From assembly GCA_050250895.1 (NCBI GenBank), contig JBFWNU010000001.1, forward strand, positions 192,001 to 256,000: a stretch of DNA of 64,000 nucleotides, given 5' to 3'. This DNA is from Vulcanimicrobiota bacterium. Its GTDB lineage: Bacteria; Vulcanimicrobiota; Xenobia; Xenobiales; JADMJV01. Shown one piece after another: positions 38,324 to 47,401 of this stretch; positions within the stretch are counted from its first letter, which is position 1, and each line of letters starts with the position of its first letter. The notes beneath the pieces are model-generated. The model did not search any database and was not told the origin of the DNA. It worked only from the letters and a program-made list of their open reading frames with translations. The position numbers and the translations under genes are program-made.

Positions 38324-39789
38324 GCGCCCATCACTTTCTCGGCGGGCTGGTGCCGGCTCAGGGAACGCCCCGCCCAGTGATAGACCCGGCCACCCTCGAG
38401 ACGGTGGGCTACATCGCCGACGCCACCGAAGCCGAGATGCAGGCAGCCTTCGCAGCCGCCGCGGCCGCTCTTCCCGCGTGGCCCAATCTCGACGGCAAGA
38501 CGCGGGCCAATTTTCTGCACAAGGTGGCCGAGGTCATCGAGAAAGGCAACTTGCGCCCCATCGCCGAGCTGATGAGCCGCGAGATGGGCAAGCCCTTTCC
38601 TGAAGCGATGGGAGAACTGGCCAATGTCGCTCCCATCTTTCGCTACTATGCCGAGATCGCTCGCGACGAGGCCGGCAAGGTGGCCGCTCCTATCCAGCCC
38701 GGCTCGTTCCAATACTCGCGCAGTTTTCCTTACGGCACCAGCCTGCACATCGTGCCCTTCAACTTTCCCATCCTGCTGTTGTGCTGGACTCTGGCCGCCT
38801 CGCTGGCCGCCGGCAATGTGGCCATCGTCAAGCCGGCCGAGCCCACCACTTTGTGCACCTGGGCCTTTCTCGAGCTGATCGCGGCGGTCTTGCCCCAGGG
38901 GGTGATCAGCGGCCTGGCCGGCGGAGCCGAAGTGGGCAAAGCCCTGGTCGCCTCAGAGCACACCCAGGTGGTGGCCTTCACCGGTTCGGTGGCGGCGGCC
39001 CGCTCGGTGGGGGTGGCCTGTGCCGAGCAATTCAAACCGTGTCTGCTCGAAGCCGGCGGCAGCGACCCGCTGTTGGTGTCGGACAAGTGCAACCTCGAGG
39101 TGGCCATCGCCGGCTCGGTCACGGCCGCCTTTCACCTGTCGGGCCAGATCTGCACCTCGGCCGAGCGCTTCATGGTGCATGAGGCCGTCCACGACCGCTT
39201 CGTCGAAGGTCTGGTGGCCGGGGCCAAAAAGCTTCGCATCGGCCCGGGGCTGGGCAAAAGCGAGCTCGGTCCGCTGGTGTCTGAAGCCGCCCGCAACAAG
39301 GTGGTGCGACTGGTCGAGGGGGCACTGGCCAAAGGCGCCCGCCTCGAGACGGGCGGGCGTATTCCGCCCGAGCACCCGAGCGGCTGGTTTTATGAACCGA
39401 CCGTGCTGACCGGCGTCACTCCCGAGATGGAAATCTTCCACGAAGAGGTCTTCGGTCCGGTGGCCTCGGTCTTGAAAGTGAACTCGTTTGACGAGGCCCT
39501 GCGGCTGGCCAACGACTCGCGCTTTGGCCTGGGGGCCTCGCTTTTTTCCAACGACCTGGCCGAATCACTGCGCTTTGTCGACGAGGTCGAGTCAGGCATG
39601 GCCTGGGTCAACAATCCCCTCATCGATAACGACGCCCTGCCCTTCGGCGGCTGGAAGTGGTCGGGGCTGGGGCGGGCTTTGGGGCGCGAGGGACTCAACG
39701 CCTTCCGGCGCACCAAGATGGCCGTCATCGATCCCGTGCCCAAGATTCACGACTGGTGGTATCCTTACTCCGACGAGGTCTTTTTCTAG
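38320..39789 (+). CDS. Aldehyde dehydrogenase family protein
   Basis: PFNFP, FTGS, LEAGG, GQIC, EEVFGP and PFGG motifs. Confidence 0.95.
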   Translation: MSAHHFLGGLVPAQGTPRPVIDPATLETVGYIADATEAEMQAAFAAAAAALPAWPNLDGKTRANFLHKVAEVIEKGNLRPIAELMSREMGKPFPEAMGELANVAPIFRYYAEIARDEAGKVAAPIQPGSFQYSRSFPYGTSLHIVPFNFPILLLCWTLAASLAAGNVAIVKPAEPTTLCTWAFLELIAAVLPQGVISGLAGGAEVGKALVASEHTQVVAFTGSVAAARSVGVACAEQFKPCLLEAGGSDPLLVSDKCNLEVAIAGSVTAAFHLSGQICTSAERFMVHEAVHDRFVEGLVAGAKKLRIGPGLGKSELGPLVSEAARNKVVRLVEGALAKGARLETGGRIPPEHPSGWFYEPTVLTGVTPEMEIFHEEVFGPVASVLKVNSFDEALRLANDSRFGLGASLFSNDLAESLRFVDEVESGMAWVNNPLIDNDALPFGGWKWSGLGRALGREGLNAFRRTKMAVIDPVPKIHDWWYPYSDEVFF

Positions 39790-40971
39790 ATGCGCGTGTT
39801 GGTGCTGGGAGGGGCTGGCATGATGGGAGCCGGCACCATTCGTGATCTGCTCTCCGACCTTTCCCGGGGCATCTCGCAGGTGATTGCGGCCGACTTCCCG
39901 GCCGCCCTCGAACGCCTGCCTGAGGACCCCCGGCTGGTCAAGAGGCCCCTCGACGTCAACGACCAGCCGGCGCTGGCGGCGCTGCTGGCCGAATGCGACC
40001 TGTGCGTCAACGGCGTGCCCACCTTCGCCGGCCACCAGATGCAGCTTTTCGAGGCTTGTCTGGCGGCCCGGCGCACCTACGTCGACTATGGCGGCATGGG
40101 CGTTTATACGGTGCAGCAGAAGGCCGAGCACCAGCGCTTCGTCGAGGCCGGGGTGACGGCGGTGGTAGGGCTGGGAGCCGATCCGGGTCTCTCCAACGTC
40201 ATCTGCCGGGCCGTAGCCGATCGCCTCGATCAGATCGACAAGATCAACCTTTACTGGACGGCCACCTCGGTCGGCCCGGAGTGCCCGGTGCTGGTGCCTC
40301 CTTACTCCGTCTCGACGGTGTTGGCCGAGTACGCCAACCCCAGCCAGCAGTTCGTCGACGGTCGATTGCAAGAGATGCCGCCCCGGTCAGGGGTCGAGAC
40401 CATCGACCTGCCTGCGCCGTTCGGGCCGACCACCTTCATGTTCAGCCAGCACAGCGAGCCGCTGACGGTTCCCTTCGCCAAAGGCATCGCCGAGAAGGGT
40501 ATCCGCGAGTTCACCTGGCGGCTGGCCTTGCCCCACCGCGAACACGAGGCCTGGGTGGGTCTGGTCAAGGCCGGCTTTGGCGATTTCGACAACCCGGTCA
40601 GCGTGCCCGGAGGCACGGTGCGGCCGCTCGATGTGCTGCAAGCGGTCATCAACCGCAACCTGGCCGCCCATCCCGACCGACCCGAGGGCGAGGCCCACGA
40701 ACTGCACTTCGCTATCGGGCACGGCCGCAAGGCTGGCCACGCCACCCGAGTAACGGTGCGGGTGACGGGCCGACCCGATCCCCTCTACGACGGCTACGTC
40801 GACGCCGGCACCTCGATGAACATGTCGATCGGCGTTCAGCAGATCTTGCGGCGACCGCTGGTGCCGGGAGTGTGGGCTCCCGAGGAGTATTTCGAGGTCG
40901 AGCCCTATCTCGAAGAGGTCAGACGACGCCGCTTTCAGGTCGAGGTCGAAACCGTGATCACCGAAGCCTGA
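39790..40971 (+). CDS. Saccharopine dehydrogenase/carboxynorspermidine dehydrogenase-like oxidoreductase
   Basis: LGGAGMMG, YVDYGG, GLGADPG, HSEP and PGVWAPE motifs. Confidence 0.9.
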   Translation: MRVLVLGGAGMMGAGTIRDLLSDLSRGISQVIAADFPAALERLPEDPRLVKRPLDVNDQPALAALLAECDLCVNGVPTFAGHQMQLFEACLAARRTYVDYGGMGVYTVQQKAEHQRFVEAGVTAVVGLGADPGLSNVICRAVADRLDQIDKINLYWTATSVGPECPVLVPPYSVSTVLAEYANPSQQFVDGRLQEMPPRSGVETIDLPAPFGPTTFMFSQHSEPLTVPFAKGIAEKGIREFTWRLALPHREHEAWVGLVKAGFGDFDNPVSVPGGTVRPLDVLQAVINRNLAAHPDRPEGEAHELHFAIGHGRKAGHATRVTVRVTGRPDPLYDGYVDAGTSMNMSIGVQQILRRPLVPGVWAPEEYFEVEPYLEEVRRRRFQVEVETVITEA

Positions 40972-40982
40972 CCGGCTAGCCC

Positions 40983-41015
40983 GGTCAGATATTTTTCAGG
41001 TTCCTCACCTATGCT
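40983..41015 (+). promoter_or_regulatory. Direct-repeat promoter GGTCA-N6-TTTCA-N11-TATGCT
   Basis: Read directly; shared geometry. Confidence 0.6.
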
Positions 41016-41102
41016 ATGGGGGCAGCGGGGGTCCCACCATTTGCGTCTCACTAACCTTTGGCTCGACTCTTGACTGCAAACTGCAGGAGAGTGTCCACGC
41101 CT

Positions 41103-42293
41103 ATGAATCCCGTGACCGCTGCCGTCCAGAACGGCATGGGGCCGGTGGATTTGTTGCCGGGTCGTCGCCAGGTCGCGACCACAGCAAGTACCACCCAGAG
41201 CCCACCATCACCAGCGGGTGATGTCGTTTCTCTCAGCCGTCCCCCCGAGGGCGATCCCAAGACCATCGAGGTGGTGGTTGATGCCTGGGGCAAGGGCAAG
41301 AACAGTTCCCTTTCGGGGATCTTGCTCAATCAGGGCTATCCGCGTGAAGCGCTGACAGCCCGCGATGCCGAGGGACATACTATGCTCGAGCGGGTGGCTG
41401 CCCAGAACGGGCTGAGAAATCCCGACCTGATCCACCCCGGCCAGAGACTCAAGATACCCATCCGCGCCGAAGCGTCGTCGGAGCCCGAGCACTCGGCCAG
41501 TTCGACCAGGGTGACCGTCGACCCCTGGGGTAAAGGTCCCAACAGCAGCCTGGAAGGCATTCTGAAGGGACAGGGCTACAGCCCCGCCGAGATCTATGCC
41601 AGGGACGACCAGGGCAAAACGATGATCGATCGGGTGGCCGCCGCCAATGGTCTGACCAGGCCTGACCGCATTCGGGCCGGGCAGCAGATCGAAGTGCCTG
41701 GCCGCCAGCCGGCCGCAACCGAGGCTCCCAAGCCCGCCGAACCGCCTCGAGAGCCCGAGACCGAACGGCCCGTCGAGCCGCCCCAAGAACCAGAACCGCC
41801 GGCAGCACCAGAACGGCCCAAAGAGCCAGAGCTGCCCAAAGGGCCCGAGATCTCGAGGCCAACAGAACCGGCTGGCAACGGCCGGGCCACGCTGGAGATG
41901 AGTCTAATGCTCGACGGGGCCCGAGAAGGCACTTTCAATCGCAACGAATTTCAGGCACTCAACGCCTTTGCCAACCGCTACGAAGAGACTCGTGCCGAAT
42001 ACTCCAGCGACGGCTTCACCCCCGACGAGCTGCGCAACCTCGGCCAGCTAGAAAAGCAGTACGGCGACCTCTACGTGCGCTTCCAGGACCATGATCGCTC
42101 TGACATCAACTTCTCGGCCCAGCACACCGACGACCCCAGGGTGCAGGTGCGTATGCGCCATCTCGAGGAGAGCGGCGTCCTCTTTGACGGTTTCAAGGCC
42201 GGCAGCACCGACTACGAACAAGCCCTCGAGGTCTTGATGCGCCAGCGCCAGCAGGCGCGCAACCTCGGCCTGCCTCAAGAGAAAGAAGAATAA
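41103..42293 (+). CDS. Tandem LysM-like domain protein with Pro/Glu linker
   Basis: Two repeats VDxWGKGxNSSLxGIL..VAAxNGL..PD.I..GQ.L.IP. Confidence 0.85.
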   Translation: MNPVTAAVQNGMGPVDLLPGRRQVATTASTTQSPPSPAGDVVSLSRPPEGDPKTIEVVVDAWGKGKNSSLSGILLNQGYPREALTARDAEGHTMLERVAAQNGLRNPDLIHPGQRLKIPIRAEASSEPEHSASSTRVTVDPWGKGPNSSLEGILKGQGYSPAEIYARDDQGKTMIDRVAAANGLTRPDRIRAGQQIEVPGRQPAATEAPKPAEPPREPETERPVEPPQEPEPPAAPERPKEPELPKGPEISRPTEPAGNGRATLEMSLMLDGAREGTFNRNEFQALNAFANRYEETRAEYSSDGFTPDELRNLGQLEKQYGDLYVRFQDHDRSDINFSAQHTDDPRVQVRMRHLEESGVLFDGFKAGSTDYEQALEVLMRQRQQARNLGLPQEKEE

Positions 42294-42296
42294 CCC

Positions 42297-44210
42297 ATGG
42301 TGATCACACAGACTCAAAACACGCGTTATCTCGCCCCCCCGCGGGGCAAGACCACCAGAAAGGGGGCCACCGAACCGCAAGATGCCTTCGCGCCCTCTAG
42401 CCTCCAGGCGCCCGAGCCGACTCTGAACCCGCAACAGCCTCAGTTGTCAGGATGGCGCAAGACAGTCCTGGCCGTAGCCCTGGCCACCAGCGCGCTGACA
42501 GGAATCGCCGGCAACGCCATGGCCGCGCCCATGGCGGTGTTAAACCAGGATACCCAGCAACAGCAGGTCGACCTGCCGGTGGTGATCATTCCCGAGGGCA
42601 CCCCGCGCCTGGACGTGATTCGCGAGGTGCATCAGTTCAATACCTCGGGCGGCACCCATGAAACCCGCACCGACTACTCGCCGGTCGGGGTCCACCTGGG
42701 CGGCGGCCTGGTGCATGACGCCAACGGCAACCTCACCATGATACCCAGCCTGGCCCACGACTGGAATCTGACCATCGACAACTTCGAGATGGTCAACCTC
42801 CAGAATCGCACGGTCAGCCGCTTCGGCCACACCGTCCACTACAGCCCCTCAGCGAGCAAGCGCTTCGTCTTTACCGAGCACGACCACTCGGTCGACATTC
42901 AGTCGACCCGCGGTCGTACCACCATCGAAAAAAACGAGCAGGGGCAAATTCATGTCCTGGGACCCGACGGTCTCGACTACACGATTACCCCGCAGGGGTC
43001 CAGCTTCGCCATCTTTTCGGCGGGCCAGAACCTGTCGGTACTGCGGGTGGCCGGCGAGATTCGCGTGACCGATGCCGAGGGGCGAGTCACCGGTGGATCA
43101 TCCCTCAGCGATGCCGGACTGGAAGTGGTGGCCCAGACCGGTCGCGCCAAGGTGACCCGGTCGGCCGGCGGGGTCATCACCGAGGTCGACGGCTCGCGCG
43201 GGTGGAGTGACTACAAGTTGATTCGTGACGGCGATGTCATGCTGATCCAGAAACCGGGTCGAGATCAGCGGGTCGAGATCAACCCCGAAGAGCCGCTGCG
43301 CCAGGCCCGGGCGCGCTTCGACCAACTGGCCGCCCAACTCGAAGCCCGTGATCCCGGCTATGCCCAACGGCATCCCGTCATCATGTCGCTGCTCGAGTAT
43401 GCCGCCGCCAATCCGGCGCTACTGGTCGATGAGGACGGCTCCGGGTTGCTCGAGGCCGGCACCCGAGTGGCCACCGTGGGCACGTTGGTCGAGACGGGCG
43501 TGGCTCTGACCCGCGGAGCGACAGCCCTCAGCCTGGCCGAGAACGCCCAGGCGTTGGGCGCGGCGGCCCTGACCACCAAGGCGGCAGCCGAGGCGGCTGC
43601 CAGCGCCGGTCAGTTGACCCAGGCGGCCGCCCTGGCCAATGAGGCGCGCGAGCTAGGTAGCCGAGCCAAAGAGCTGGGGGCCGAGGCCATGAAGAAGGGC
43701 CAGACGGCCAAGAACGCGGCCGAGGTCGCCCGCATCATGATGGGCGTGGGAGCAGCCCTCGAGATGGTCGACGGTGGGATGGGCTTGAGCCAGGGCAAGT
43801 CTGAAAAGGCTCTCATCGAAGGGGCCGTGGCCGTGGCCCAGGCTCGCATGGACGAACTCTCGTCAGAACTTTCGGGACCCGACCTGGAACGGGCGATGGC
43901 CGACTATACTCACGTCATGCGCGTGCTCGAAGAACTGCAGAAGGAAGCCGGCAAGAAGGTGACGGTGGGCAAGCTGAAGATCGTGTTCGGGGGCGTGATG
44001 CTGGCCTCGGCCATCCTTGGCCCCGAGGCGCCCATGGCCCTGGGCATCATCGGGCTGGCGGGCACCGCCGGAACCACCATCTACGAGCACTGGGATCCCC
44101 TCTACGAGTTCTTCACCGGCGAAAAGTCGCAGGGCCCGCCGGCCTTCCTCGAGGTCGTGCCCGGCGGCGATCAGATCAAAATCTCCCTCGATAACAAGAA
44201 GGGCGGCTAG
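42297..44210 (+). CDS. Effector/translocator-like protein: beta-rich domain, Ala-rich coiled coil and C-terminal hydrophobic hairpin
   Basis: 637 aa; 3 nt after the LysM gene; internal signal-like segment at about aa 52-77. Confidence 0.75.
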   Translation: MVITQTQNTRYLAPPRGKTTRKGATEPQDAFAPSSLQAPEPTLNPQQPQLSGWRKTVLAVALATSALTGIAGNAMAAPMAVLNQDTQQQQVDLPVVIIPEGTPRLDVIREVHQFNTSGGTHETRTDYSPVGVHLGGGLVHDANGNLTMIPSLAHDWNLTIDNFEMVNLQNRTVSRFGHTVHYSPSASKRFVFTEHDHSVDIQSTRGRTTIEKNEQGQIHVLGPDGLDYTITPQGSSFAIFSAGQNLSVLRVAGEIRVTDAEGRVTGGSSLSDAGLEVVAQTGRAKVTRSAGGVITEVDGSRGWSDYKLIRDGDVMLIQKPGRDQRVEINPEEPLRQARARFDQLAAQLEARDPGYAQRHPVIMSLLEYAAANPALLVDEDGSGLLEAGTRVATVGTLVETGVALTRGATALSLAENAQALGAAALTTKAAAEAAASAGQLTQAAALANEARELGSRAKELGAEAMKKGQTAKNAAEVARIMMGVGAALEMVDGGMGLSQGKSEKALIEGAVAVAQARMDELSSELSGPDLERAMADYTHVMRVLEELQKEAGKKVTVGKLKIVFGGVMLASAILGPEAPMALGIIGLAGTAGTTIYEHWDPLYEFFTGEKSQGPPAFLEVVPGGDQIKISLDNKKGG

Positions 44211-45514
44211 ACCCAGGCGTGATGGGCCGAGAGGCTGGGCTTGAACCGCTTGTCGGCCGGCCTCGGCCCGCGCGAGGTCAGACACACCGGCGCCTCGACC
44301 ACCTCGGCTAAGGCGGCGCAAAGCGACGGGGCGTCGGCCACCGAGGCATAAACCGGCTCGACCGCGCCCAGGGCACGCCCCAGCCGCTCTTGATAGTCGA
44401 GATCGGTGAAGCGACCCAACCTCAACCGATCGCCCTGCAAGAACTCGGGGGCTAGCCGCCGATAGCCCAGGCCCAACTTGCAGCCGGGACCGACCCGATC
44501 GAGGTGGGTCACGGCCAGGCCGTCGATGCCTCCACAGGCATCGACGGCATAGCCCAACAGCATCGTGTCGAGCCAGCCCAGGCGAAAGCCCTCCTGCCAG
44601 GGGCCCCAGCGATTGTGGGGCTCGGGCCAGGCCAGCGCGGGGTCTTCGGTGGGAAAGGGCCCGGCCCCGTGGCGGGTGGCATAGCTGCGCACCACTCCCA
44701 GCCGAAAGCTCTCGCCGCCCCACTCCTTCACCAGTTCGAGACCGTTGGCAAAGGTGCAGGTGGACCAGGTAGTGTGGGGATGAAAGCCCCGCCACTCGTC
44801 AAGTAGCACCCCCTGGGCGCCCTCCAGAATGACGGTGCCTTCGGGCACCACCGACTCCACCAGGGGCGCCAGCCGAGCAGCCAGACCGAGAAACTCGGCG
44901 GCGGCCCGGGAGCTCTCGAGCACGGCCACCTCGGCCGAACCCAGCGGGTGCGAGACGAGCTGCCGGCGCTGGCCCGCGAACTCTTGCCAGTAGCGCTGCT
45001 GAATGCGACAGAGCTTCTGGCGCAAGCTCTCGGGATGGGCCAGGTCGGCGGCCACCACCGCCTCGTCAGGGTGCTCGAGCGAGTGGTGCATGGTCTCGCC
45101 CACCCCCAGGCCGCACGAGCCGTGCCGGTCCTCTCCGCGCAGCACCTCGCGCAGCCGGTTGGCGGCCTGATGAAAGGGAGTGATGAGCCGGGCCCGGGGA
45201 TCGATGCTCACCCGCTCGAGGGCGTCAGGCACCCCTTTGCCGGCCAGCACCCGGCCCTCTTCCAGCAGGCCGCTGGGATGCACCACCATAAAACGCGACA
45301 GATAGGTGCGCACCCCGGCCACGAAGCTGCCGGCTCCCAGTTGAGAAAAGGTGTGAAAGCGCCCGTCTTCGAGCGCCACCGTGTGGCCCGCCTGGGCTCC
45401 ACCGTTATAGCGAACCACCAGGCGAGCTCCCAGGCGACGCACCAGGGCATCGGTTACCGTACCCTTGCCGGAATCGCCGAACCCGAGATCGGCCACGATG
45501 ATGCCTCTTACCAT
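44207..45514 (-). CDS. Divergent adenylosuccinate synthetase (PurA)-like ligase
   Basis: GFGDSGKG, GGAQAGHT, EGAQG and TRHGAGPFPTE motifs; aspartate-binding TTGR loop absent. Confidence 0.9.
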   Translation of the reverse strand: MVRGIIVADLGFGDSGKGTVTDALVRRLGARLVVRYNGGAQAGHTVALEDGRFHTFSQLGAGSFVAGVRTYLSRFMVVHPSGLLEEGRVLAGKGVPDALERVSIDPRARLITPFHQAANRLREVLRGEDRHGSCGLGVGETMHHSLEHPDEAVVAADLAHPESLRQKLCRIQQRYWQEFAGQRRQLVSHPLGSAEVAVLESSRAAAEFLGLAARLAPLVESVVPEGTVILEGAQGVLLDEWRGFHPHTTWSTCTFANGLELVKEWGGESFRLGVVRSYATRHGAGPFPTEDPALAWPEPHNRWGPWQEGFRLGWLDTMLLGYAVDACGGIDGLAVTHLDRVGPGCKLGLGYRRLAPEFLQGDRLRLGRFTDLDYQERLGRALGAVEPVYASVADAPSLCAALAEVVEAPVCLTSRGPRPADKRFKPSLSAHHAWV

Positions 45515-46446
45515 GGCGCCACCGCCGTTACCGGCACCCGACCGGCGCCGTCCTTGTCGAGGGTGGCCGCGAATGGGCTCAGGGCTCGCACAATCCCGCC
45601 GATCTGCTTGGAGGCCAGTCCCTTTCGCTTGAGCCTGGCGGCCAACTCGTCGATGTCGGCTACTAAACCCTCGCCCAGGGCCACCAGTCCGGCGGACACA
45701 TGGCAGGTATCGCCAGGATTGTCGAGCACCAGCACATGGTCACCCAGGTGTTTGCGCCAGATCTGTTCCACCGAGGCCCGCCCCGGGTCGGGGATCAGAA
45801 AGAAGGCGTGGTAGCCGGCCGACAGCTCTTTGACTACCTGGCGCAACTGCAGATCGGCCTCGAGATCGACATCCATCAGCGACTTGACGATCGACTTCGA
45901 GGTCTTCTTATAGGGTGGCTCGTCACCGGTCATGAAGAAGTAGCCTCGCTTATTGCGCCGCTCCATCGAGTCGGTGACGGTGTGGCGGGCGGCAAAGTAC
46001 ATGGCCAGGTCGTAAGACTCGCCGCCGTTGCCTCCGCCGCCGCCTTCGAGCCAGGTCCAGGTCAACCAGCGGTCGATGTCTTCGGCCGCCGATTCGAACT
46101 GACCAACCTGTAACGGTCCCTGGTCGCAGAAAGCGTCGCCGACGGCAAGAAAGAGCACCTGGGGGTCGGCCACGCCGGCATCGAGCAGGCCCTGCATGAA
46201 GCCCGGCAGCTCCTTCTTGGCTAGCAGTTCGGGAATGGCCCCCATGGAGCCGGTCACGTCCAGGGCAAAGATGATGGGCAGCGAGTTGGGATGGTCGGCG
46301 CTGTCGCGGCTTTCGCGCAGACGAACTCCGTGGGGATTCATCAGCGGGTGCACCTCGCGCTGGCGAAAGACTTCTTCGCGCTTTCGGGTGCTGCGCGTCG
46401 AGACCAGCCGCTGGTGGGCAGTGTAGCTATAACTTCCGTATCCCAT
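45508..46446 (-). CDS. vWA domain protein
   Basis: LDVTGSM, AVGDA, EGGGGGNGGESY and TGDE motifs. Confidence 0.9.
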   Translation of the reverse strand: MGYGSYSYTAHQRLVSTRSTRKREEVFRQREVHPLMNPHGVRLRESRDSADHPNSLPIIFALDVTGSMGAIPELLAKKELPGFMQGLLDAGVADPQVLFLAVGDAFCDQGPLQVGQFESAAEDIDRWLTWTWLEGGGGGNGGESYDLAMYFAARHTVTDSMERRNKRGYFFMTGDEPPYKKTSKSIVKSLMDVDLEADLQLRQVVKELSAGYHAFFLIPDPGRASVEQIWRKHLGDHVLVLDNPGDTCHVSAGLVALGEGLVADIDELAARLKRKGLASKQIGGIVRALSPFAATLDKDGAGRVPVTAVAPW

Positions 46447-46454
46447 GTTTCCTC

Positions 46455-47300
46455 CTAAGGCTTGTTCACCCGGGGTAGGGCGAACGGTCGATAGCGCGGC
46501 GGGCCGAAAGCCGCCGCGGCAACATCTTTCAGGGCCGCTCGCAGTTGGCGAGGGCAGTCAAAATGGTGAGCGTCGTGAGCCAGCTGGACCAGAGCTCTGG
46601 GGGCCTTGCGCCCGAGCAGAGCGGCGATACACTGGCCACTACGAGCCAGGTCGTTGCCTGGGCCAAGCTCGGCCCGACCCCAGCCGCAGAAGGCCACCCC
46701 GTGATCGCGGGGATGGAGAAGCAAGTGTTCGGGGCGCAGGTCGTTGTGGCTATAGCCAAGCTCGTCGAGGCAGCTGAGCTGATCGAGGATGCGATTCCAC
46801 ATCCAGACGGTAGCGGCCGGATCGACCCCCTCCGAGTACTGCTGGCGAGCCTGGGCGGCGGTGTAGACAAAACCGCTGCGCCAGCGCGTCACCAGCGTCA
46901 GTCGGCCCCGGGCCTGAGCCAGTTGCAGCGGATGAGCCAACAGACAATCCAGATAATCGCTGCGACCGTGCAGATGCCGCAGGGTGGCCCATTCTCGCTC
47001 GAGCACCTCAGCCTTGCCGGGCTCGGCAACTTTAAGCACCACCTGTTCGGTGGCGGCCTGGGCCCGCCGGGCCAGCAGCACACGCGCGTTCTCGCCCTGA
47101 GCCAGTTGCCCCAACACACAGTAAGGCGTGTCGCCGACTTCGACGGTGAACAGGCCCTGGGGAAGAATCTCGGGGCGGGTTCGGGCCTGGGGACGAACGG
47201 GAGCCTCCGCGAGCTGCGAGTCGCAGTAGGCGCAGACCACCTCGTCTTGGCGCGGGGCACCGCAGTTCGGACATCGTCTTGCTATCAACATTGTGCTCAC
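46455..47300 (-). CDS. Zinc ribbon plus protein kinase-like (probable pseudokinase) protein
   Basis: CPNC..CAYC, VVLKV, HNDLRPEH, and CGWG in place of DFG; start is GTG 47300 (leaderless) or ATG 47291. Confidence 0.8.
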   Translation of the reverse strand: MSTMLIARRCPNCGAPRQDEVVCAYCDSQLAEAPVRPQARTRPEILPQGLFTVEVGDTPYCVLGQLAQGENARVLLARRAQAATEQVVLKVAEPGKAEVLEREWATLRHLHGRSDYLDCLLAHPLQLAQARGRLTLVTRWRSGFVYTAAQARQQYSEGVDPAATVWMWNRILDQLSCLDELGYSHNDLRPEHLLLHPRDHGVAFCGWGRAELGPGNDLARSGQCIAALLGRKAPRALVQLAHDAHHFDCPRQLRAALKDVAAAAFGPPRYRPFALPRVNKP

Positions 47301-47336
47301 AATGAGCATTATAGCTCCGACCTGGCGCCCTGTCAA
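47291..47336 (-). promoter_or_regulatory. Perfect sigma70 promoter TTGACA-17-TATAAT with overlapping palindrome TGCTCA-N3-TGAGCA
   Basis: -35 at 47331-47336, -10 at 47308-47313, palindrome at 47294-47308. Confidence 0.85.
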
Positions 47337-47363
47337 ATTTATACTCAAAGTTAGCAAAAATTC

Positions 47364-47396
47364 TTTCAGAAACCTTTTAGCCAGATGGTCTAGACT
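47364..47396 (+). promoter_or_regulatory. Direct-repeat promoter TTTCA-N6-TTTTA-N11-TAGACT
   Basis: Read directly; ATG 5 nt downstream; near-identical to the 2104-2136 promoter. Confidence 0.7.
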
Positions 47397-47401
47397 GCGG
47401 T

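Noticed and set aside
44207-45514. Housekeeping purA
   Set aside because: The substrate-binding loops are altered and the context is vWA/kinase, so it is treated as a paralog
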